Source: Nemertoderma westbladi (taxonomy: Eukaryota; Animalia; Xenacoelomorpha). From it: a DNA stretch of 64,000 bases. The stretch is from positions 1-64,000 of the forward strand of contig JAUCBJ010008877.1 in NCBI GenBank assembly GCA_032718475.1, given 5' to 3'. The notes beneath the pieces were generated by a model. That model ran no database searches, was not told the DNA's origin, and saw nothing but the letters and a program-made list of their open reading frames with translations. Positions 38,905 through 48,975 of the stretch are shown here, one piece after another; position 1 is the first letter of the stretch, and every line of letters begins with the position of its first letter. Both the position numbers and the translations under genes were made by a program.

Positions 38905-41550
38905 CACAATACCAAACAGGATAATTTAAAATCGAAGATTTATTGTAAAATAAATCCCCATCCTATTGTAAAATTGTTTTATACTATAGAACATTTATTA
39001 GTGAAACTTATTTATCCTATTGTAAAATTTTGGGGTTTTCTCTTTCATCTGATACAGAATTTAATGGATATTTCAAATACTGTAATACAGTAAAACGGCT
39101 TGGCGAGATCTTTTTTAAATCTTGAGTTATCGCTGTCTTTCCGTTTACCAGTTTGTCCGTCAAAATTTAGAAAACAGGCAGACAAACCGTCACACAGACA
39201 TACTGTATTGGATACCACTAAGCACTAAACATTAAAGCCTCCGGAAATGAAATCACCGACCCCAAAAATCCACATATTGATAATTTTAATGAGTTGGTAT
39301 GATGCCATAGTGTCAAACATTACTGACCGATTAACAGACTACAGACTGTCAGGTTTGAGCGCGAAGGTTCAAACTTTAAAACAAATTAGAAAAAAAATCT
39401 CAGAATTACATTTTGCGTTTTTAATTTTTTGAAGATCTTGAAAGATTTTCCAGCACATTTTTGAAAAAATATTTTGCTCAAATATTTTTTACAACATAGA
39501 TATTGACCTACAATGCGAAGTTAGAGCTGTTTAAAAAAAAATCTCATTAGGAGAACCCCCCCCCACCCCACCCCCCCCTCCCCCCACCTAAAATCAGCAT
39601 CCCTGAAAACGTTAATAACCTGAAAATCAATGTATTTATTTGATCAGTTACAAATATATTTCAGTACAAATACAACAATTTTGTTACCGGTAACTTTACG
39701 ATTTATGAACAGAATTGTAATGGTTGTTAAGGGAGTCTTGCCGGCTGAATTATGTATGACAGTAACCGCACTTATTTGATATCCTTATGTATAGAGTCGA
39801 CATGTTGATTTAGTACGTGTTTGTAACGGAATTCTTTGACAATAAACGCACTTATGTTTGATATCTTTATGTATAGAGTCGACATGTCGGTTTAGTACGT
39901 CTTTTCTAGCAAATGATTTTCCACAATCAAAACAGTTGTACTTGATATCTTTATGAAAGCAGTTCACATGGGTGTTTAGACTTCTTTGCTGACTGAATTC
40001 TTTATTACAATAACCGCACTTATGTTTGATATCTTTATGTATAGAGTCGATATGTAGATTTAGGTAGTGTTTGTAACTGAATTCTTTATTACAATAACCG
40101 CACTTATATTTGATATCTTTATGTATAGATTCGACATGTCGGTTTAGTACGTCTTTTCTAGCAAATGATTTTCCACAATGAAAACAGTTGTACTTGATAT
40201 CTTTATGAAAGTAGTTTACATGGGTGTTTAGACCCACAATACCAAACAGGATAATTTAAAATCGAAGATTTATTGTAAAATAAATCCCCATCCTATTGTA
40301 AAATTGTTTTATACTATAGAACATTTATTAGTGAAACTTATTTATCCTATTGTAAAATTTTCATATTTTGGGGTTTTCTCTTTCATCTGATACAGAATTT
40401 AATGGATATTTCAAATACTGTAATACAGTAAAACGGCTTGGCGAGATCTTTTTTAAATCTTGAGTTATCGCTGTCTTTCCGTTTACCAGTTTGTCCGTCA
40501 AAATTTAGAAAACAGGCAGACAAACCGTCACACAGACATACTGTATTGGATACCACTAAGCACTAAACATTAAAGCCTCCGGAAATGAAATCACCGACCC
40601 CAAAAATCAACATATTGATAATTTTAATGAGTTGGTATGATGCCATAGTGTCAAACATTACTAACCGATTAACAGACTACAGACTGTCAGGTTTGAGCGC
40701 GAAGGTTCAAACTTTAAAACAAATTAGAAAAAAATCTCAGAATTAAATTTTGCGTTTTTAATTTTTTGAAGATCTTGAAAGATTTTCCAGCACATTTTTG
40801 AAAAAATATTTTGCTCAAATATTTTTTACAACATAGATATTGACCTACAAAGCGAAGTTTAAAAAAAAATATCATTAGGAGAACCCACCCCACCCCCCCC
40901 CCCCCCCCCAAAATCAGCATCCCTGAAAACGTTAATAACCTGAAAATCAATGTATTTATTTGATCAGTTACAAATATATTTCAGTACAAATACAACAATT
41001 TTGTTACCGGTAACTTTACGATTTATGAACATAATTGTAATGGTTGTTTAGGCAGTCTTGCCGGCTGAATTATGTATGACAGTAACCGCACTTATTTGAT
41101 ATCCTTATGTATAGAGTCGACATGTTGATTTAGTACGTGTTTGTAACGGAATTCTTTATTACAATAACCGCACTTATGTTTGATATCTTTATGTATAGAG
41201 TCGACATGTCGGTTTAGTACGTGTTTGTAACTGAATTCTTTATTACAATAACCGCACTTATATTTAATATCTTGATGTATAGAGTCGACATGTTGTTTTA
41301 GTTCGGCTTTTGTAGCAAATGATTTTCCACAATCAGAACAGTTGTACTTGATATCTTTATGAAAGTAGTTGACATGGGTGTTTAGATTCCCTTGCTGACT
41401 GAATTCTTTATTACAATAACCGCACTTATGTTTGATATTTTTATGTATAGAGTCGACATGTAGTTTTAGTCCGGCTTTTGAAACAAATGATTTTCCACAA
41501 TCGGAGCAGCTATACTTGATGATACCTTTGTGGGCAAAGATAATGTGGGT
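38905..41550. repeat. ~1.33-kb tandem duplication of the 3' end and downstream flank of the zinc-finger gene
   Basis: cacaataccaaacaggataatttaaaatcg starts at 38905 and 40235; the flanks are near-identical up to the ZF array. Confidence 0.88.
39785..40234 (-). pseudogene. 5'-truncated paralog of the C2H2 zinc-finger gene (4 intact fingers plus a frameshifted one)
   Basis: CFHC/CGYC/CGYC/CFDC fingers with HxxxxH and KDIK linkers; no N-terminus; last finger frameshifted. Confidence 0.85.
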
Positions 41551-42348
41551 GTTTAGATCTTCTAGGGGGTTTAATTCTTTATTACAATAATCGCATTTAT
41601 GTTTTATGTCTTTGTGAACGGATTCGATATGTTGATTTAGTTCGGCTGTTCTAGCAAATGATTTTCCACAATGAAAACAGTTGTACTTGATATCTTTATG
41701 TATAGAGTCGACATGTCGTTTTAGTTCGAGATTGTAACTGAATTCTTTATGACAGTAACCGCACTTATGTTTGATATCTTTATGGGTAGCGTCAACATGC
41801 TTCTTTACATAATTTTTGCGTTTAAACAGTTTCTCACAATAATCGCATTTATACTTATTCTCTACGTCTTTATGAACGGATTCTATATGTCTCTCTAAAA
41901 TTCCTTTGTTATTAAATAATTCATTGCAATGCAAACAGGAACTGGTGTCTGAAGAAGATACCAACTTCCCAACAGTTTCATTAGAACTACCGGGCTCTGT
42001 TGTTGCACAACTGATTGTCGCTTCTGTACCTTCAGTTTCAATAGGCCTACCATAAGAACACTCCGCGCTGTCGTTTTCCCGTTTTTCAACAATAAAAGAA
42101 TCTTCAGATGGTTCATAAGAAATATCTTCGTCATCTAGTACAGGGACAACATCTACTCTACCGAACAAATTGTTGTGATCTTCGATGGTAGATGATCCAT
42201 ATACGCAGTTCTCTTCTTTAACATCAAGAGAATAGGTGATACAGTCTGTTGGTTCTCTCTTTATGATTATAAAGTCTGTTTGTTCTTTCTTTATAACTAT
42301 ACCGGCACCAGATAATTTCTCTTTCAATAAATTAGTATGTTTATCCAT
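41092..42348 (-). CDS. Intronless C2H2 zinc-finger protein (~418 aa, 10 fingers)
   Basis: ATG at 42348 (MDKH). Acidic N-terminus with IKKE/IKRE/VKEE motifs; 10 C-X2-C-X12-H-X4-H fingers, mostly at a 29-aa period with KDIK(H/Y)K linkers. Confidence 0.85.
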   Translation of the reverse strand: MDKHTNLLKEKLSGAGIVIKKEQTDFIIIKREPTDCITYSLDVKEENCVYGSSTIEDHNNLFGRVDVVPVLDDEDISYEPSEDSFIVEKRENDSAECSYGRPIETEGTEATISCATTEPGSSNETVGKLVSSSDTSSCLHCNELFNNKGILERHIESVHKDVENKYKCDYCEKLFKRKNYVKKHVDATHKDIKHKCGYCHKEFSYNLELKRHVDSIHKDIKYNCFHCGKSFARTAELNQHIESVHKDIKHKCDYCNKELNPLEDLNTHIIFAHKGIIKYSCSDCGKSFVSKAGLKLHVDSIHKNIKHKCGYCNKEFSQQGNLNTHVNYFHKDIKYNCSDCGKSFATKAELKQHVDSIHQDIKYKCGYCNKEFSYKHVLNRHVDSIHKDIKHKCGYCNKEFRYKHVLNQHVDSIHKDIK

Positions 42349-44811
42349 TATCAAATCTTCAATAAATATTATTCAATAAATTAAATACAGGTGGCAGTAG
42401 TTTTAGGTATGTCAAGCTCTTCACTAATATAAATTTCATGCGATGTAAATATAATAAATAGATGATATAAGGGCGTTCAAAAGTTGCATGTCGTGTAACG
42501 GAAAAGAGCAGGTTATACAGTACCGCTTTCAAACAACGTCGCATTGGATCCTAGTACAGGATCCAAGTCACTGATTCACTACTGTAGGAAAACTTTCAAT
42601 ACGTCAATATGCACTATCCGCCTAGAGTAGTAGTTTAAATTAGGGTTGAAACTGACAACCAAACGTAGTATTTGGGAAATTCGCAGGACCGAGCGATGAT
42701 GCAAAAACATACAACTTTAGAATGCCAACATCTCGGCAATTTCTTGATAGCATTCAAATGTTTTCACAGAGTTTAGAAATATTACTCACCCACATTAAAA
42801 TAGAAGCAACACCCGGTTTCATTTTTATAAGAATTTTTTTCTACCAGCATGTGACAGGGAAGAGGATACATTGAAACAGAGTCTGGGCTCCAGGGCCAAA
42901 TTAGCTAAAGGTAATTAAAAGAGAAACATTATAATTATAAATATGTACCTATCTTAACATTTTTACATCATCCAGCCGATCTCCTTACTCCAGGTATTGC
43001 TTGGTATATTTGCATTTTTCTATACGACAGTTCCTATGTAGCAAACTTCGCCTGCGTTTGAACTTAAGTAATTAACAGTAATTAATTACCGGTACCTAAT
43101 ATTTAAACAAAAACTCAAGTTCGCGTAGCTAATTATAAAACTGTAACCTGTAAAGCCCGTCGCTACAGACATTGTCAATACTGCTAACTTTGAAGGTCGT
43201 TTTCACTTGGTTGCTATGGTATTTTCAAAAAACTAAATATGCCATTAAATTCTTCAAATCAAAAATAGTAATCTTCCATAAATTTTAACTCATCATATCT
43301 ACAGATAATCTATAGGAGCTGTTGCTATGGCAGTTTCCCCTGTTGCTATGTTTAAGACTCTCTAAAAAACCAGTTCATCCATTTGGTGAAGTCAACCCGA
43401 TTTGTATATAATGTCCCATATCAGTATTAAACATCAATATGGGCTAGCTGAGTCGTATAAAAACACTTACGGGCCATAGGCTGGAGCCTGTATTACATAT
43501 AGAAACACCTAGATTTATAAACATTGAGGCAGAAAACAATAGTTCGACATATTTTTTCCGACGAAAATACGAAATTAAACATTGTAATATTTCCGTTGCT
43601 ATGTTAACCCAAGCGTGATGTTTAAATTTCAAAATAGATAACAATTCAACCAGTGAGTGTGTAGGAGTGTGGAATAATCCAACCGGTGTGGTATCGTTAG
43701 ACCGGAGCCAGATTTTTGCCGGAGCCGGAACCGGACCGGGTAAATTCCAAAAGTACCGGAGCCGGAACCGGATTCGGGTAAGTAATATTAAAGAAATATA
43801 TATTGAGGCCTGGTATGACTGTATGACCTACAGGCAGACAGGTACCAGTACCACTGTCATAATAGACTAACATACTAGTTATAATACTGTAATAGGACCT
43901 GGCATGTTGCAGTTAGTCCACTACACAGCTACATTTATTTAGCTTATTTAGTGAGCCAACTTCTGCACTTTCCTGCTTTCTGACTTTGTTTTTACTCATA
44001 AACCAGTACATTAGTCTGGTAGTTTTATTAGATATTAAACCTAACTGCCTAACAACAGAACAACGATGCAATAGACTGATAGAAGAATGGTTGATAGCAT
44101 CAGCCCAGTCTGCCAGTACTGCAGTAGATCTGTAGATGTAGAGGTATACTAATACCATGAATACTACTGTACTAGGCTAGTGACAGGCAGACAGGCTACA
44201 GGGCTAGACAGAGTTAGTAGGTAGTACAGTATGCAGTACTGTAGGTACTAGTGCAGTAGTGTACTGACTGCCTGTCTTTCAGTCTTTGTACTGTCTGACT
44301 GTTGTAGCCTCAGCCTGGCACCTGGCACCTGGTAGGCCAGTCAGCCAGTACTGAGTACAGCAGTAGGCAGTGTAACTGTACTATGCTGCCCCGGCCGACC
44401 AAATTATTAAGCGCGCCGCAGATTGAAATAATTAAATTTTGAAGAGCGCTGCTCAGCCACGCCAATTGCCAATGCAATTTCAACTTTGAAGGAGTGTAAC
44501 CAACCAGTCTGCAAATTTCAGTCAGTCAGTAGTACTGCTGTAGCTGCAGAACTGTCAGACTGTACAGCAGTACTGCAGTAACCATAACCATGCAACAGAA
44601 AAAAAGAAAGGCGAACGACTGAGCGAAGTGAGCCGAAATTTATAATCAGCTAATACTGTAATAATAATGTAATGTAATTTTTAAGGCAATTCCGTAATTG
44701 TTAAACCACTAAATCGGCGCCGGTTTTATTTTTGGGAGCGCCATGCGCCAAAACCGGCGCGCTTTACGATTTACTGGTATTGGACTGCTACTGCGGTAGG
44801 CTGGCAGGCAT

Positions 44812-46016
44812 TGTAAAAGCTTTTACTGAATTGTCCGGTTATTTTTCCGTATTTTTCCCGTAAAGTACTCTGTAGTTGATTTACCAGGCATAAAAAGGCC
44901 GTGTCCTTGCTGTACTGGTGTTTTAGCGGACATAAGAGCTATTTCTTCTGTATTTGTACTTTAGAGGACATAATCCGTAATTCCGTGACGTAAAAGCTCT
45001 ATACTCTTGAAAACAGTGTCGCTACCATGACGACAGCTAGCAGCTGATATTGCCACGTCGACGTTTCTTTGTTTCTCTGTTCTCTCGTTGTTCAGGTTGA
45101 CCAATCAGAGCGTTTGTTGTCTTTGTGTTGGAGGTATATACAGAAACTCAGTAGTTCGCAGTGTTATGTTTTTGCCCAGAGCCTAAGAACCGGCTTTGGC
45201 ACCTCCGTTTTTCAGTTTTTAGTCTTACACTAGTAGGTTTAATTATAAAGGGCATATATCCTTTAACTCATGGAATCACTGCTAACTGATCATACATACT
45301 GACTGCTGAAACATTGCAAACTCATAACAATCAGTGTTCAGTTGTTGTTTTATACTGCTATTTACTGTCAGTTCTTCATAATATGGTTGATGAATTATTA
45401 TATTTGGAATAACGATAAATAACCCCGAAACCCAATATTCTTGATATACTGAAGGTAAGAGAGAAAGGTTACCAGTAACGATTGTGACTTATGTTAAAGT
45501 GGTTTGAATTGAATCTAATGTTATTTGATAGACCCTACATGAGTCAGTCTGTGTTCCTTTTATATGTGACTAAAATCAGTGAAGATCGGCAGATTAGTGT
45601 GCAGTATTGTGCAGCATTGTGTATGAGTGAGTCTGTTAAAGAAGCATTCCTAAAGAATGCGCCATATATGTGAATTATAATTAAGCCATATCGTTGTGAG
45701 TAGTTTAAGCCATAACTCTGTTTATATAGATAAAGCGCCACGTCCTAAAGGAACTGTTAATATTCCCGAAGATAAATAATATTGTCAGAGATTATATAAT
45801 ACTGTCAGTCGAATAATACATTAGGCTTACATAGCAACAAAATTAAACCGTCGAACCCAATCTCCCGGGAATATCCAGCGGGTGAATGGTCGCGCACGGA
45901 TTGGTTTCGACTAGTGTAGTGAATCAAATACTTGTCATAGGCTAAAAAGCGATTTAATATTTAGAAGACATCTTAATTTGGCGGGTTAAACTGCCAAAGG
46001 TCTAAAAGCGCGAACA
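44812..46016 (+). repeat. 5' LTR (1205 bp)
   Basis: TGTAAAAGC...GCGAACA; CCAAT at 45101, TATATA near 45135, splice-donor-like AAG|GTAAGA at 45455. By eye it differs from the 3' LTR only by a 2-bp and a 1-bp indel. Confidence 0.97.
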
Positions 46017-46315
46017 TTAAAGGATATAGCTTCTTTGTTGCAGTAAGCAATAAAGTTGAAAGTACCGGTCAACCGGTAAACCTGAACCGGTACATTCTGT
46101 AGGTCAGTAGGCCTAACTGTTCTAACCGGTACTTCCGTATAAGTACACTAGTATTATTCGATTTGATTGTTGTATACCGGTAGGCTGTTTAGGGGATTAG
46201 GGATTGATCACCCCTTATTCCTTTATATGGTTTACTTATTTCTGTCAAGTTTTATTTATTTGTAGGCCAGTATTGAACAGAAGGCGTGTAAGCCTGATCA
46301 GATTGTACAGACGAT

Positions 46316-46880
46316 TTGTAGGCTGAGCTGTTGTCTGATTGCTGTTAAGTCCGAACGGATTGCAGTGTGTGTGTAGATCACCTGTCCGATTAAGTACGAT
46401 TAGGCAGTAGGGGCAGTGAACACTGTAAGGTAAACCCCCAACTAAAGAATAAGTCGCACTACTGGGTTAGAGCGCATACTCCCTAATCATTTCGGAGTCT
46501 GTATGTCCTGTAGTTTATTTAGGCTTGAGAGTAGTCTGCCATCGTTTAGTCTGTACTTTGTTTGTGTAAGTCTGTACGGGTAGCGTATAATTTTATTTAG
46601 ATAATTTGTAGGCTGGATAGTTGTCTGGCTGTTATTAGGTCTGAACGGATTGCCGCGTGTGTAGATCATCTGTCCGATTAAGTACGGTTAGGCAGTAGGG
46701 GCAGCGAACGCTGTAAGGTAAACCCCCAACTAAAGAATAAGTCGCACTACTGGGTTAGAGCGCATACTCCCTAATCATTTCGGAGTCTGCATATACCGTA
46801 GTTTGTTTAGGCTTGATAGTAGTCTGTCAGTGTTCGGTCTGTATTTTGTTTGAGTAGTTTGTACGCGTAGCGTAATATTT
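46316..46880 (+). repeat. ~288-bp tandem duplication in the 5' leader
   Basis: tttgtaggctg... at 46316 and 46606; core ggcagtagggg...cggagtctg near-identical in both copies. Confidence 0.85.
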
Positions 46881-48210
46881 ATTATTCAGAGTTTATGCGA
46901 TTATTCGCAACATTCATTCCCCAAGTTTGTTCCTACAGTAATTGTGTTTGTTATACATACCGCTATAGTTAAATTAACCCCGGTACTACACGGGCTGCTC
47001 GGCGTAGGTAAAGACTGGTGATTTTGTGCATCGGTCACTCCAGCAGATGCCGTGGTTCTTTTAGCTGTTCAAGTATATTTAACTACTGATTATCTGTTGT
47101 ACAAGTACTTGTACCTAATTTAGGGTTTAGTGTACAGTGCTTTCCGAAGTAATTATTGTAGACATTATATTTGTGTTGTAAAGTGGTTGATAGGCACATT
47201 CGATTAGCTCTATTAACTTCTAGGTAGGAACACTCCGTGATACATAACGTAGAACCTATAGCGATACGGCTATAGGTCGTCAGGCGGTGGTATTTTCCTA
47301 TCTAGACAACGCAGTGTATTTACTACTACTTATTATTTCAAATACCGTAGTACCCTGTCCGTTGTAATAACCGGTTATCTAACCCTTTGTTAGGCTGGTT
47401 TGTAAACTTCTTGTAAAATTACCCTAAAAATTCGTATTTTGTGTTTTTTTTTTTGTAAATTTTTGTGTTTATTTAGAGATTGTAATCTCAACCCGAATTG
47501 TACGTAATTTGTAGTATTAAGTAACTTAGGTAAATTAGTATTATTTGTTTTAGTGTCCTGTACGTAACACTTCACTGAAAGCGCACCGCTTTGTGTAGTG
47601 ATTACTCCCCAGAAATAATAACATTTATTTCAAACATAGACAAAACCCATTAAAACGGGTATAAATACATTATAAATTAAATCTAACGATTTATAAATAG
47701 TAGGCCTACCATATAACAATTAGGTCTCCATATCAGTTGGACTACTGCTCAAATAACGGTAATAAAGTAAGTAAAGTAACAAAGTAACCCTAAAGTAACA
47801 GAAATTCAATTATTTGAAATAATTGATATACCGGTATTTACGACAGGCCTATTATCTTTATTTCTATAAATCTAGGCTGAAATTATACCGGTACTTGTAA
47901 TTAATTCTATTTCAGAATTATATATCCTACAAACTGTAAGCTGTATACCGGTATTCCAGATAGGCCTATTATATATTTATATATATTTGTGCTAAAATTA
48001 TACCGGTATTCTGTGATAAATCTAGTCTGTAATAATACTTATATAGTTATATATACTATAAGTATACCGGTATTCTAATATATTATATATATATCACGCT
48101 ACACTGAGTAGCAGTAACGGTAATTAATTACTAGACTAGCAATTAATACTGAGTTACTAGACTTACTCAGACTGTAATACAGCAGTAGACATTCAACGGT
48201 ATACATAGTC

Positions 48211-48909
48211 ATGTCTGATACTAAGCAGAACCTGTCAGACAGTTTATTAGATGTAACCATCTGCGACTCAGATAGAGACGTACAACCATCTGGTCGTAAA
48301 TCCAGTTCACCTCCCACTGTGAGGAAGGTCATCCCTCCAGTAGTAATAACAGAACCTAGGCTGGTCCAACATCGTAGGTCTATCATAGGCACTCGAGCTC
48401 AGGTCAAGCGGGACCAAAAGGCAGCGGAACAGCAACAACCCGCTAGTCAAGAATTTATTCCTCAGCGGCCCAGCAGCTCCAGTAGTGAGGATACTGTAGA
48501 GCTGACACCCGAGAGCGGAGCAGAGAGGACGGATGCGGTTTATACGGATCCCCTTCTCATCCTTCCTGCAGCCGTGCTCGCTGGGTTATTGATCGCGGTG
48601 GAAGACAGTCAACGGTCAACTAGAGATAGCTACGCGGGATACACGAGTGAAGAACTGAAGTCTATTGTCGAGTCGCAATGGAACTTCCCCGGACCCGGAC
48701 TCCCGTTTGATTTATCGGAAGCTGCCTGGGAAGACATACACCGGATGGGAGTAGCCAAGGAAACCATCGATCCAGCTGTGTGGAAGAGGTCCGCAGCGGG
48801 ATACGCACAGGGATTCTTCAGCTCTATGGAGCGAATAGAAAAGCAACTTTTTCAACAACCTCAAGGACCTCAAGAGCAGGGATCGCTGCTTTATCAAGTA
48901 AGAGAATGA
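48211..48909 (+). CDS. 232-aa ORF, in frame with gag-pol and separated from it by a single TGA
   Basis: Same frame as the 48976 ORF; no other stop between 48909 and 48976; S/P/Q-rich with no recognised domain. Confidence 0.7.
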   Translation: MSDTKQNLSDSLLDVTICDSDRDVQPSGRKSSSPPTVRKVIPPVVITEPRLVQHRRSIIGTRAQVKRDQKAAEQQQPASQEFIPQRPSSSSSEDTVELTPESGAERTDAVYTDPLLILPAAVLAGLLIAVEDSQRSTRDSYAGYTSEELKSIVESQWNFPGPGLPFDLSEAAWEDIHRMGVAKETIDPAVWKRSAAGYAQGFFSSMERIEKQLFQQPQGPQEQGSLLYQVRE

Positions 48910-48975
48910 GTTCTGCGGATTAGGCTAATCTTATCCGCCTTTGAGGAGGCTTCTAAAAGAAAACAAGACACGTCG

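Noticed and set aside
45491-45741. Small ORFs duplicated at 61662-61912
   Set aside because: Short chance ORFs inside the LTRs; their identity only reflects LTR duplication.
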